Of a stretch of DNA of 32,000 nucleotides, positions 1 to 9,219 are shown one piece after another. Each line of letters starts with the position of its first letter. Within the stretch, counting starts at the first letter, position 1. The notes beneath the pieces were generated by a model, which had not been told where the DNA came from, did no database searches, and worked only from the letters and a program-made list of their open reading frames with translations. The translations under genes were made by a program, and so were the position numbers. Source of the DNA: Candidatus Babelota bacterium. Lineage in GTDB: Bacteria; Babelota; Babeliae; Babelales; Vermiphilaceae. Location of the stretch: contig JBDHVY010000001.1 of the NCBI GenBank assembly GCA_039809905.1, forward strand, positions 240,001 to 272,000. Reading direction: 5' to 3'.

Positions 1-955
1 TTGTTTTACGCAAATAATTGGAAACAGCTGCTTTGACCGCTGCACTGGGCACTTCTTGTTTTATAGCAAGAAAATTAAGACCTGTCGAAAGCAAAGCCAC
101 ATTCTCTATCAGAATAAAGTGCGCACGATCAGCTGATGAAATATTATTTTCAAAATATTTTTCTAGAAAAAAACCAACCTGCTCTTTTGAAAAATGGAAC
201 TTAATTACAGAACATGCAATATCCCAAAAAGGATCACCTAATCCTGCATTACCCCAATCTATGAATTTAATAGTCTTTTCTGAGGTATAAAACAAATTCA
301 TCACATGAATATCATTATGACATGCTTTAGGCTCTATTGTATGCTTTTTGATAGCAGTATTTATTTTATAAACCTCATCTAAAAAGTCATGTAATTCAAT
401 AGAAAACTCAGGATTTTTTTGTATATTGCTTTTTATTTTTTGATCAATACGCTTAAAAATATCAAATTTTACCTGAGAATCTACAGAACCATTATGAATA
501 GTCCTCAATGCACAAGTAAACTGCTCTAGTATCTGCTTATCTTCAAGATGAGCTGGCGACAAATGAGCCCCATCAACAAATTCAATAGCATAACATCCTT
601 CTGCTAGGTTCTCATAAACAACCTTTGGTCCCAATCCTTTTTCTGCTGCCATCCGAGAATATTGGCAATCTTTTTGACACCATTCAACAGAATACGGCTG
701 CTTCATACATCGAAGCACAAATTTGGATGGATTTAGTTCAATAACATACAGACCATCTCCCGACATTCCTCCCAAAAGAGGCTTCACCTTGCCAGAAGCT
801 ATTTCATGCGAAAAAACGTCGCTTGCACTCGCCTGTATATGAACTTTATGTTCGTCTTTTACATTATTATAGCTTAAAACATACTTATCTGACGCATAAA
901 CAGAGAAAACCATTACCTGGAAAAATGCAGCAAAATAAATGACACTTTTATTCAT
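1..955 (-). CDS. Choline/ethanolamine-kinase-like (APH-fold) phosphotransferase with N-terminal signal peptide; partial, 3' end lies beyond the left window edge
   Basis: Not in the supplied track because it is open at the window edge. My translation of the minus strand from ATG at 955-953: MNKSVIYFAAFFQVMVFSVYASDKYV...LLGGMSGDGLYVIE...CHNDIHVMNLF...IDWGNAGLGDPFWDIA... with no stop in 318 codons. HxDxxxxN catalytic loop and IDW.xAGxGDPxWD motif match the choline kinase/APH family. AGGAGC lies 5 nt upstream of the ATG. Confidence 0.7.
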   Translation of the reverse strand, partial: MNKSVIYFAAFFQVMVFSVYASDKYVLSYNNVKDEHKVHIQASASDVFSHEIASGKVKPLLGGMSGDGLYVIELNPSKFVLRCMKQPYSVEWCQKDCQYSRMAAEKGLGPKVVYENLAEGCYAIEFVDGAHLSPAHLEDKQILEQFTCALRTIHNGSVDSQVKFDIFKRIDQKIKSNIQKNPEFSIELHDFLDEVYKINTAIKKHTIEPKACHNDIHVMNLFYTSEKTIKFIDWGNAGLGDPFWDIACSVIKFHFSKEQVGFFLEKYFENNISSADRAHFILIENVALLSTGLNFLAIKQEVPSAAVKAAVSNYLRKT

Positions 956-1029
956 ATCAAGCTCCTAAAAGAATTACTTTATATATCCTAATAGTAACGC
1001 TTATGAAAAAAGTGTCAATTAACAAAGTC

Positions 1030-2613
1030 TTATACTTTTTTTGTATTATGGTGATAATAGCAATGAAATGCTACAAATAAAAGCTCCATAACTATCGCAC
1101 CAATAAGAAAAGACAATAACAAATGATGTTTTATATTATTTTCGATAAATAATCCTACAGCAAGAAATGATACTAGAGTACCAATTATCACGGGAATCAC
1201 ATATCCCAACTGACTTCGTGCATGTTCAATTGCTCCTATACCAGCACTGGTCGCAGTCATAATGGTAGTTTCAGCAAAAGGAGAAATGTGATTGCCGCAT
1301 GCAGCGCCTGAAAGCACTGCTCCTATTGAAGGGAATAATAACGAAATCTGATCAGATGTAACAGGAATATTCAGCTGGAGCAACGATATCAACATTTCTA
1401 TGGTAATAGGTATCAATATTGAAAACGTTCCCCATGCAGAACCCGTAGTAAGCGTTATAATCAGAGACACTACAAACAACATCACCGGAATGAAACACAA
1501 AGAAACATTACCAATCAATAGTGATGCAAGATACGTCCCGGTATGCAAATGAGATGATAAAAAGCTACCCAAAACTGATGCTAAAATGACCATCATAATA
1601 GAAGATCTCATAGCAAGAAAACCTTGATACACAATCAAAGGCAATTGAGAAACAGTTATCATTTTTTTAGATAAAGACAGTACAAAACTTGCAATAAATG
1701 AAATTGATCCTGCAATCAATAATACCAAAAACGTTTTATTATTTGATTTGAACGCATCTAAGAAGGAATTATTTCCTCCAAAAGCATGGTAATTACCAGC
1801 ATAAAGCATACCGATAATAACACCGCTCAGCAGCAAGAAAATAGGCAATAACAATTCAATTAAAGAGCCATCTTTTTGTGATGCAATCATATGATCAGAT
1901 TCATCTTGTATTGATTGCGCATTATTTTCATCATTGCCGATCATCCCATAACGCATTCTTGTCATCACGATAAATAGCACAGAAATAAGCGTCAAAAACG
2001 AATAAAAAACAAAAGGAATTGTTGCAACATACACATAAAATGAATCTGCTACAATAACATGTGGTGCATTAAGATGCACTCCTGCATTATCAAGCTGTGC
2101 TAATATTGCTGCAGCCCATGTTGATATCGGTACAATAATAACCAAAGGCCCAGCCAATGCATGCATAATATATGCGAGTTTTGTTCGCGCAACAGCAAGT
2201 CTATCTGATAGCGGCTTCATGACAAAACCAACGGTTAAAATACTCAGATAATCATCAATACTCAGCAAAAAAGATAATCCTACAGCCAAAAGCTCTACAC
2301 TGCGTTTGGTGCGCATTTTTTTTGCAATAATTCTGGCACATCCTGCAGCACCACCCGTAACTGTTAGCAATGTCACTAACGAACTAATAATGATAAGAAA
2401 TAAATATAAACAAATATTATCACTATCAGTAAGATGAGACACACCCTTTTCTGCGCATAACAAAAGAGCAGGAATAACATGCCATTGTGTAGCAATCAAA
2501 CTTGCAACAATAATTCCAAGAGCAAGAGAAATATTAAGCTGCTGAGTAACACAGACAACAACTATAACAAGCAATGGTGGCAATAAAGAAACCCAAGTAC
2601 TATTCATGAACAT
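1030..2613 (-). CDS. NhaC-family Na+/H+ antiporter-like polytopic membrane transporter
   Basis: 527-aa highly hydrophobic ORF with many predicted TM segments. The N-terminus SLLPPLLVIVVVCVTQQLNISLALGII resembles the conserved start of NhaC (COG1757) proteins as I recall them. The second ATG at 2607 has better AAGGA spacing and may be the true start. Confidence 0.55.
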   Translation of the reverse strand: MFMNSTWVSLLPPLLVIVVVCVTQQLNISLALGIIVASLIATQWHVIPALLLCAEKGVSHLTDSDNICLYLFLIIISSLVTLLTVTGGAAGCARIIAKKMRTKRSVELLAVGLSFLLSIDDYLSILTVGFVMKPLSDRLAVARTKLAYIMHALAGPLVIIVPISTWAAAILAQLDNAGVHLNAPHVIVADSFYVYVATIPFVFYSFLTLISVLFIVMTRMRYGMIGNDENNAQSIQDESDHMIASQKDGSLIELLLPIFLLLSGVIIGMLYAGNYHAFGGNNSFLDAFKSNNKTFLVLLIAGSISFIASFVLSLSKKMITVSQLPLIVYQGFLAMRSSIMMVILASVLGSFLSSHLHTGTYLASLLIGNVSLCFIPVMLFVVSLIITLTTGSAWGTFSILIPITIEMLISLLQLNIPVTSDQISLLFPSIGAVLSGAACGNHISPFAETTIMTATSAGIGAIEHARSQLGYVIPVIIGTLVSFLAVGLFIENNIKHHLLLSFLIGAIVMELLFVAFHCYYHHNTKKV

Positions 2614-2648
2614 CCTTATCGTTAAGGAATGTCATCACGATAACACTC

Positions 2649-4007
2649 CTAATTAAATTCATCACCTTCATCATCCTCATCATACCATTCATCATCTTCG
2701 TCAGATTCTTGATTGTTTTCATCTAACGCTTCTTGAACTATTTTTTCAATATCTTTAATTTCTTTAGGTAAATTTTCGCTCAAACAAACAGCTCCATCTT
2801 TAGTTATCCAATAGTCATCTTCAATACGAATACCTATACCTTCTGCTGCAATATAAATTCCTGGCTCTATAGTAATAACATCGCCTTCATGCAATGGCAC
2901 ACGGTAATCACCTACATCATGCACATCAAGTCCCAAAAAGTGCCCGATTCCATGCGGAAAATATTTGTCATACCCACGTTGCGCCAAGAATTTTACTGCT
3001 AAATGATGAAGTGATTTATCAACATTATCTTTATTTTTAAGCCACATACCAGGCTTTGCCAATGAAGCTATATATTCTTGAGTATCCAAAACAATTTGAT
3101 AAAGTTCTTTTTGGCGCTTAGAAAATGTTCCTGAAACTGGGTATGTTCTGGTAAGATCAGCACAATAGTTATTATATTCAGCACCAATATCAACAACAAC
3201 TATATCTCCATTTTTCAATGTGCCGCTATTTTGATGATAGTGTAAAATAGTACTATTTCTGCCACCAGCAACAATACTTGGAAATGATGGACGAGCTTGC
3301 GATACCGTCATGATATATTCAAGCGATGCCTGTATTTCATTTTCCGTAACTCTATCTTTGAGTGCTTGAACTGCTGCTTCATGAGCAAGTTCTGTAATTT
3401 CTACTGCTCGATAAAGCTGTTCAATTTCACTCACGTCTTTACGGCGTCTGCTTTGTGCAACGATAGGAGAAATATCTACAATCGATGCTGCAAGATCAGG
3501 AACAAATTTTTGAAGATAATCAAACGTGGAACGAGTGGTGGTATACAAGAATGCTTTTTTTGCGATCACATCTTTAATACGCGTAATCATGTGAGCATAT
3601 TCATGTTCATCAAAATAAGAATTCAATTCATAACCAGCAGTCTCATCACCTAATAGTTCTACTGCATCAACACCCAATGCTTTTGCATCACGCTTTAACA
3701 ACGCTTCTGGGATTACCATCCATTGAGCACGTTTTTCAAAATAGTTCGGAAAATATAATGTTGATTTTCCGTGCAAATCAATAACAAGAACAGCTCCTGG
3801 CTCATTAATACCAGTATAATAAAAAAATGTTTTATCTTGCCTAAAACGCTCTGATCCTTGTTCAAAAGCCGCAAACAATACAACAATGCCATCATTATTA
3901 TGCGAATATTCTGTTTTTATTGTTTCAATCAGCTCTTTACGCCGTAATCCGTAAACACCACTTTCATCGGTACGCGGTGCTAATCCACCAAAAAAATCTG
4001 TTTTCAT
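2649..4007 (-). CDS. pepP: Xaa-Pro aminopeptidase, M24B family, with an acidic C-terminal tail
   Basis: AMP_N-like N-terminus (FRQDKTFFYYTGINEPGAVLVI). M24B metal-ligand motifs HGIGHFLGLDVHD, EPGIY, GIRIEDD. C-terminus DENNQESDEDDEWYDEDDEGDEFN. Confidence 0.85.
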   Translation of the reverse strand: MKTDFFGGLAPRTDESGVYGLRRKELIETIKTEYSHNNDGIVVLFAAFEQGSERFRQDKTFFYYTGINEPGAVLVIDLHGKSTLYFPNYFEKRAQWMVIPEALLKRDAKALGVDAVELLGDETAGYELNSYFDEHEYAHMITRIKDVIAKKAFLYTTTRSTFDYLQKFVPDLAASIVDISPIVAQSRRRKDVSEIEQLYRAVEITELAHEAAVQALKDRVTENEIQASLEYIMTVSQARPSFPSIVAGGRNSTILHYHQNSGTLKNGDIVVVDIGAEYNNYCADLTRTYPVSGTFSKRQKELYQIVLDTQEYIASLAKPGMWLKNKDNVDKSLHHLAVKFLAQRGYDKYFPHGIGHFLGLDVHDVGDYRVPLHEGDVITIEPGIYIAAEGIGIRIEDDYWITKDGAVCLSENLPKEIKDIEKIVQEALDENNQESDEDDEWYDEDDEGDEFN

Positions 4008-4067
4008 GTAAAAACCTTACAATCGTAAAAAACATGTTCTGTTAATTTTGTTTTGCCAAGCTCTTTT

Positions 4068-4136
4068 GCGCTCACCCTGAACCTGTTGAAGGGCTAAGCG
4101 CGCTTTATTCTTCAACAAGTTCAGAATTAGCGCGCG
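4068..4136. repeat. Two inverted copies of a GC-rich repeat unit (GCGCTC-N3-CTGAACYTGTTGAAG...) forming a long hairpin; probable recR terminator
   Basis: CTGAACCTGTTGAAG (4077-4091) is the near-perfect reverse complement of CTTCAACAAGTTCAG (4110-4124). The flanks GCGCTC / GCGCGC are GC-rich in an AT-rich spacer. The same unit recurs at 27531-27569. Confidence 0.7.
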
Positions 4137-4184
4137 ATAAAAAACTATATTTTACATCAAGACACAACCAAAAAAGTTCACATA

Positions 4185-4787
4185 TCAAAATGGACGTCGT
4201 TCTGATAACGCCTTAAACACCGTCAACCTATCCATACCTTCAAGTGAAGATCCCACGGGCAAACCCCGAGCAAGACAGGAAATTGTTATAGCTATTCCTT
4301 TAAGTTTGCGAGCAATATACGTAGCAGTTGCTTCACCTTCAGGAGTTTGATTAGTTGCTAAAATAACTTCTTTAATAATTCCATTCTTTGCGCGAACAAT
4401 AAGCGCATCAATGGTAAGATCTTCTGGCCCTATTCCTTCAAGAGGAGAAATTGATCCACCCAATACATGATAAACACCCAAATATCCTTTTGTTTTTTCT
4501 ATGGCAAGAATCTCCTGCCATGTTTCAACAACACAGACGATTGTTTGATCTCGCTTGGAAGATGCGCAAAATACACAGCCTTCAGACACCTCTTGCCAAT
4601 AAAAACAATTTTCACATTTTTTTAATCGTTTTTTTGCAGATTCTAACGTTGCACAAAATTGTGCTATCTGTTGAGGTTCCATTTCCAAAAAATGTGCTGC
4701 AACACGATATATGTTTTTTGATGCAAGATAAGGAACTTGGTGTAAAGCTTTTAATAAATGAGCAAGCGTTGGCAAATTTTCTAACAT
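4185..4787 (-). CDS. recR: Recombination protein RecR
   Basis: 200 aa. C4 zinc finger CENCFYWQEVSEGCVFC, followed by a Toprim-like segment VCVVETWQEILAIEKT...YHVLGG. The start abuts the yidC stop (4790). Confidence 0.9.
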   Translation of the reverse strand: MLENLPTLAHLLKALHQVPYLASKNIYRVAAHFLEMEPQQIAQFCATLESAKKRLKKCENCFYWQEVSEGCVFCASSKRDQTIVCVVETWQEILAIEKTKGYLGVYHVLGGSISPLEGIGPEDLTIDALIVRAKNGIIKEVILATNQTPEGEATATYIARKLKGIAITISCLARGLPVGSSLEGMDRLTVFKALSERRPF

Positions 4788-4789
4788 AT

Positions 4790-6355
4790 TTATACCAACT
4801 TAAAATATTGCATCAACTTTGATTGAATAAAGCCAAAAACTCTGCTTGACCAAATATAGAGCGTTAGCCCTGCAGAAAAGCTTGCGGTGAAGGCACCAAA
4901 AACAAATGCCATCATTATTTTGCTCATTCTTTGTTGCGGATCACCTTTGGTATCTTGGATAAGCATTGTTACCGTAACTAAAATAGGCAAAATGAAATAA
5001 GGATCTCGTAATGAAAGATCAGGAATCCATAACATTGGAGCTTTATACAATTCAAATGAACTAGAAAGCACACGACTTAATGCAAAAAAGAGTGGTAGTT
5101 GGATTAATAATGGTACCAAACATCCAATGCCTGGCAATCCATTTTTACGTATTAACTCAGTTTTTTCTGCAAGCAACTGCTCTGGTTGATCTTTAAATCG
5201 CTGTTCTATGTATGCCAATTGTCTTTGGTATTCCATTTGCTGCTTTTTAAATTTTTCTTCGCTATTTCGCAGCGAAACTGGCAACAATAAAATTTGAATT
5301 AACAATGTTAATGCAATAATCGCCAATCCATAATTATCAAGATACTTATAAAACCAATTCAAAATATACAGCATTAATTTTGCAAGCGAGGAAAGAATTC
5401 CGGAATAATCAAGAGTTTTTTCGAGACGAGTATCAACAGCAGCAATCGCATTTAATTCTTTTGGACCAAAATAAAATGACAATTTCCATGATGCTTTTTC
5501 TGCTATTGCAGGTCCTTCGAGAATAGAGAACAAACGAGTTCTATTTTCTAACTTATAATAAGCTCGTTGCGCAAAATGATTTTCATCTTGAATGAGCGCA
5601 TGAATAAAATAACGATCATCGGTACCAAACAATTCAGGTTTAAACCAACCTCTTGCCACATCAAGCTGAGCAACAGATTTTTTTTCAAAAACATCATTCT
5701 GATCAATTACCATTGATGAAATAATATCATTTTCCTTCAGATCAGGCATGATCGGCGCAGAAAATATAAGACGAGGCTCTATACGCAAGTCTTTATCATG
5801 TTTTGGTATAACTTCTAACAATAAATCAATCTTGGGATTATTTTTATCAATAATAAATGTTTTTTGAATAACACACTCATCGTTTTCACTCGCATATACA
5901 ATTTCATGTTGGATATCTGTTGTTTCTACCGAATGGAGTGTGTAATAAAACGGAGTTTGATCTTGCAATCCTACTAAAAAGCAGCGATTTTCACGCTCAG
6001 TATCGGTTACAGGAAATATCGTGCGAATAGTTTCCATTTTTCCATCAGACTCACGTTTAAAATCAATACTATCAAGCGATGCGCCATCTGTTGAAAAATG
6101 TAATGAGGCCCAATCAGTTTCAATAGCTGTTATTTTGTGCGCAGAAGTGCGTTTTTGATCAAAAAAATCAATTTCTACATTGAGCGGCTTATATTCTTTT
6201 TTTTCTCGTGGCGCTATAAATGTAGTTTCTGCTGTTTCTTTTGTAGAATTACCCGGAAAAAAATAATTTAATGTGACTACCATCACCAATGCAAAACCTA
6301 TTGGCATCACCAAGTCTCTCATATTCATATGCACACCTTTCACTTCAACTTGCAA
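4790..6355 (-). CDS. yidC: Membrane protein insertase YidC
   Basis: 521 aa with an N-terminal TM, a large periplasmic domain and a C-terminal 60-kDa-IMP core (LAIIALTLLIQILLLPVSL...KKQQMEYQRQL...GCLVPLLIQLPLFFAL). The likely true start is an internal Met (MRDLVMPIG...). Confidence 0.85.
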   Translation of the reverse strand: MQVEVKGVHMNMRDLVMPIGFALVMVVTLNYFFPGNSTKETAETTFIAPREKKEYKPLNVEIDFFDQKRTSAHKITAIETDWASLHFSTDGASLDSIDFKRESDGKMETIRTIFPVTDTERENRCFLVGLQDQTPFYYTLHSVETTDIQHEIVYASENDECVIQKTFIIDKNNPKIDLLLEVIPKHDKDLRIEPRLIFSAPIMPDLKENDIISSMVIDQNDVFEKKSVAQLDVARGWFKPELFGTDDRYFIHALIQDENHFAQRAYYKLENRTRLFSILEGPAIAEKASWKLSFYFGPKELNAIAAVDTRLEKTLDYSGILSSLAKLMLYILNWFYKYLDNYGLAIIALTLLIQILLLPVSLRNSEEKFKKQQMEYQRQLAYIEQRFKDQPEQLLAEKTELIRKNGLPGIGCLVPLLIQLPLFFALSRVLSSSFELYKAPMLWIPDLSLRDPYFILPILVTVTMLIQDTKGDPQQRMSKIMMAFVFGAFTASFSAGLTLYIWSSRVFGFIQSKLMQYFKLV

Positions 6356-6482
6356 TTGACTAATTCAGCATATTGATGATACCATGAAAATAGTTTTTCA
6401 TCTAGGGCACTACAGAACTTTAACCCAATAAAGATAGTGCACCAAAAAACAGTATCCACGTTAAAAAAAAGGATGAGTTACT

Positions 6483-6881
6483 ATGAAAATGCAAAAAAGA
6501 AAATTTCGCATCGGTGAGTTAGCAGATAAGCTTAAACTTGAACGTTTTGTTGTACGTTTTTGGGAAAAAGAGTTTAGTATAAAAACAAAACGCTCTCAAG
6601 GAAGTCAGCGTTTTTATGACGAAAATGATTTAAAGAAATTTGAACTTATCAAGCAACTTCTTTATGAAGAAGGTTTCACCATCGTTGGCGCTAAAAAGAA
6701 ACTTAAAGAAAAATCTTCATCAAAATCAGAGTCTATCATCGCATCCCAAAAAACAACCATGGAAGATTCTGCTAAAACCACAAAAACTGTTGCCTCTGAA
6801 GAAAATGAAAAAATCGAGCATCTTTCACAGCAAATTATTGATTTAAAGAATAAGTTACGCAAATTACGAGAAATGCTCTGA
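6483..6881 (+). CDS. MerR-family HTH transcriptional regulator with coiled-coil C-terminus
   Basis: FRIGELADKLKLERFVVRFWEKEF...RSQGSQRFYDENDLKKFELIKQLLYEEGFTIVGAKKKL is a typical MerR N-terminal HTH. Divergent from yidC. Confidence 0.75.
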   Translation: MKMQKRKFRIGELADKLKLERFVVRFWEKEFSIKTKRSQGSQRFYDENDLKKFELIKQLLYEEGFTIVGAKKKLKEKSSSKSESIIASQKTTMEDSAKTTKTVASEENEKIEHLSQQIIDLKNKLRKLREML

Positions 6882-6951
6882 TTGCACATTGTTTGTTGTA
6901 TAAAAATAGGCTATCTTATGATGGATTAACACTCTTTTATACAACAAAATC

Positions 6952-8355
6952 ATGTACAAAAAAAATTTACATATTCATTTTGTAGGCATTGGCGGTATTG
7001 GCATGAGTGGCATTGCAATGATTTTAAAACAGCAAGGCTACACTATTTCTGGGTGTGATCCTGATTTTAATCAAGATACTATCACACACCTCATGCAACT
7101 TGGTTGTGCAGTATATCATGGGAATAATTCTACTGCTTGCAATGATGATTCTATCGATATACTTGTATACATTCCCATGTATGCAACCAGTATTACTGCC
7201 GTAACATTAGAAATTGAGCGCGCACAAATACGTGGCATACCAACAATTTCCCGAGCATGCATGCTTGCAGAATTGATGCGCACAAAATACAGCATAGCAA
7301 TTGCCGGCGCACACGGAAAAACAACCACAACATCACTCATTTCTCATATTTTAATTGAGTCTCACCTGGATCCAACCGTTGTTATTGGCGGTCAATTAAA
7401 AAACATTTCATCTCATGTATACAAAGGAAACGGAGATTTTTTAGTTGCAGAAGCAGATGAAAGCGATCGATCTTTTTTAGAACTTTTTCCTACTCTTGCT
7501 GTTATCACTAATATTGATCTAGAACATCTGGAAACATACACCGATCTTGATGATATCAAACATGCCTTTACACAATTCATTAGTAATCTTCCTTTTTATG
7601 GCAAAGCAATTATTTGCATTGATGATGAAAACATACGTTCACTTTTTCCCATGAAACAAGTGAAAACCGTATCTTATGGCATAGAATATCCCGCTGATTT
7701 TTATGCTCGAGATATTATTCTTAACGTTGACCATTCTTTTTTTACCGTATACAAAAAAAACAGTTCTAAACCACTCGGCACAATTATGCTCCCTATGCCA
7801 GGCAAACATAATGTATATAATTGTTTAGGCGCTATTGCTCTTGCACACGAACTTGAAATTCCTTTTGAAGCGATTGCACAAAAAATTCAAACATTTGGTG
7901 GAATTGAAAGACGATTTTCGTTTCGTGGTATTTACAAAGGAGCTGAAGTTTTTGATGATTATGGACATCATCCCAAAGAAATTGAGAACACATTACTTGT
8001 TGCCCGCAAACGGGCAAAAAACAAACTTATCGTTATATTTCAACCTCATCGCTATACCCGTACCCAAAAGCTATGGGATCAATTTTTATCTATTTTTACG
8101 CAAAGCGCTATCGATCAACTTATTATTACCGATATCCATTCGGCAGGCGAACACCCTATTGATTCAATTAGTAGCAAACGCTTAGTTGAAGAGATCCAAT
8201 CGCTCAATTCATCATTTTCTGTTTCATACATACCTTTTGAAGAATCTTTCAGCTGTATCAAAGAATCGATATCACGATCTACTCAAGCACATGACCTTAT
8301 ATTATTTCTTGGAGCAGGAAAAGTATATCAAGTCGCTCACGAAATAGCCAAATAA
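6952..8355 (+). CDS. murC: UDP-N-acetylmuramate--L-alanine ligase
   Basis: HFVGIGGIGMSGIAMIL..GYTISGCD N-terminal Rossmann motif; Mur ligase P-loop IAGAHGKTTTTSLISHIL; C-terminal DDYGHHPKEI. Confidence 0.9.
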   Translation: MYKKNLHIHFVGIGGIGMSGIAMILKQQGYTISGCDPDFNQDTITHLMQLGCAVYHGNNSTACNDDSIDILVYIPMYATSITAVTLEIERAQIRGIPTISRACMLAELMRTKYSIAIAGAHGKTTTTSLISHILIESHLDPTVVIGGQLKNISSHVYKGNGDFLVAEADESDRSFLELFPTLAVITNIDLEHLETYTDLDDIKHAFTQFISNLPFYGKAIICIDDENIRSLFPMKQVKTVSYGIEYPADFYARDIILNVDHSFFTVYKKNSSKPLGTIMLPMPGKHNVYNCLGAIALAHELEIPFEAIAQKIQTFGGIERRFSFRGIYKGAEVFDDYGHHPKEIENTLLVARKRAKNKLIVIFQPHRYTRTQKLWDQFLSIFTQSAIDQLIITDIHSAGEHPIDSISSKRLVEEIQSLNSSFSVSYIPFEESFSCIKESISRSTQAHDLILFLGAGKVYQVAHEIAK

Positions 8356-8478
8356 CTCATCCAATCATTCATTCACACCTCCTTTTGTTAAAAAAATAGT
8401 AAACCATTGCCATTCGAGAGTTTCTATTTGTAATATTATAGAGAATATATAAGTACTTATAATAAAGGAGATTTTTTT

Positions 8479-8751
8479 ATGATGAACAAAAAATTAATTG
8501 CTCTTTTAGTAGCAATTGTAACCGCAAATACATCTATGTTTGCGCTTATTGATGATGTGCTTCGAACTACTGGACGCGCTACAGAAGGATTTGTAAACGC
8601 TCCTCGTGATATCGCTACAGGTGGAGAAACTCGTAGAGAAAGACATGACCGCTATAAAAAAGAAGATGCCGAAAGACGTCAACAAGAACGCGCACGTCGT
8701 TCTGATGACCAATATTATAGACCAGCTGTAGAGCCATATGATGGTGAATAA
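8479..8751 (+). CDS. Small secreted protein, R/D/E-rich tail (member 1 of a 4-gene cassette)
   Basis: Strong RBS AAAGGAGAT 7 nt upstream. Signal peptide MMNKKLIALLVAIVTANTSMFA. Charged tail RRERHDRYKKEDAERRQQERARRSDDQYYRP. Confidence 0.55.
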   Translation: MMNKKLIALLVAIVTANTSMFALIDDVLRTTGRATEGFVNAPRDIATGGETRRERHDRYKKEDAERRQQERARRSDDQYYRPAVEPYDGE

Positions 8752-9010
8752 AAAGCTAACTTATTTTGTGGCAATCATTTTTATTGCATTCCCATTATCG
8801 GCGACTTTTTATCGCGACAATAATGGTAAATGGTATTTGCATGATGAAAAAACAGATACCTATAAAGAATTGTTTACCACAAAAAATACCAGTGATTTTC
8901 GTTATAAAGAACGAAAATATCCTTACCAGCAAAAATCTGATTACACATCGCTGGCAAGTGATCGATCTTACGTTGATCAAACAAATAGAAATATGGGAAA
9001 TAATAGATAA
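8738..9010 (+). CDS. Small secreted protein (member 2), start overlaps the previous stop
   Basis: Signal peptide MMVNKKLTYFVAIIFIAFPLSA. The 14-nt overlap with the upstream ORF suggests translational coupling. The start could be 8738, 8741 or GTG 8744. Confidence 0.5.
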   Translation: MMVNKKLTYFVAIIFIAFPLSATFYRDNNGKWYLHDEKTDTYKELFTTKNTSDFRYKERKYPYQQKSDYTSLASDRSYVDQTNRNMGNNR

Positions 9011-9025
9011 AAAAGGAGATTTCTT

Positions 9026-9199
9026 ATGAAAAGCAATAAACACATAATTGCTCTTTTGGCAACCATCGTAACTTTTACTGTAATAGCATCAGATTACCAA
9101 GAAGATATGCAAGAAATGAGCGATTCATCTAACAATGGTATGAGCGAAGAAGAAGAAACAGAAGAAACGGTAAAAACTGAAGATATGGAACAAGAATAA
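9026..9199 (+). CDS. Small secreted acidic protein, 57 aa (member 3; below the ORF-track size cut-off)
   Basis: My translation: MKSNKHIIALLATIVTFTVIASDYQEDMQEMSDSSNNGMSEEEETEETVKTEDMEQE*. The RBS AAAAGGAGATTTCTT-ATG and the leader-coding stretch TAATTGCTCTTTT..GTAAC are near-identical to those of the 8479 gene. Confidence 0.45.
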   Translation: MKSNKHIIALLATIVTFTVIASDYQEDMQEMSDSSNNGMSEEEETEETVKTEDMEQE

Positions 9200-9219
9200 T
9201 ATAAAAAAGGAAATAAATA

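Noticed and set aside
18-290. 90-aa plus-strand ORF from the track
   Set aside because: It lies antisense to, and entirely inside, the much longer motif-bearing kinase-like frame on the minus strand. It has no RBS or recognisable domain, so it is a shadow ORF.
2652-2723. Extremely acidic C-terminal tail of PepP (DENNQESDEDDEWYDEDDEGDEFN) as a possible secretion signal or host-interaction motif
   Set aside because: There is no secretion-system context in the window and low-complexity acidic tails are common. I cannot separate function from compositional drift using sequence alone.
3297-8185. Track ORFs 3297-3653, 3713-3895, 4451-4822, 6640-6846, 6662-6889, 7116-7340, 7832-8017 and 7835-8185
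   Set aside because: All are nested in or antisense to confidently identified genes (pepP, recR, MerR-like, murC). Their translations are low-complexity and rich in F/I/K/N/L, as expected from off-frame reading of AT-rich coding DNA.
8400-8478. Sigma70-type promoter call upstream of the small secreted cassette (TTGTAA ... TATAAT)
   Set aside because: TATAAT is present just upstream of the RBS, but the only TTGTAA-like -35 hexamer is 24 nt away, which is the wrong spacing. In such AT-rich DNA, hexamer matches are not informative without transcription-start data.
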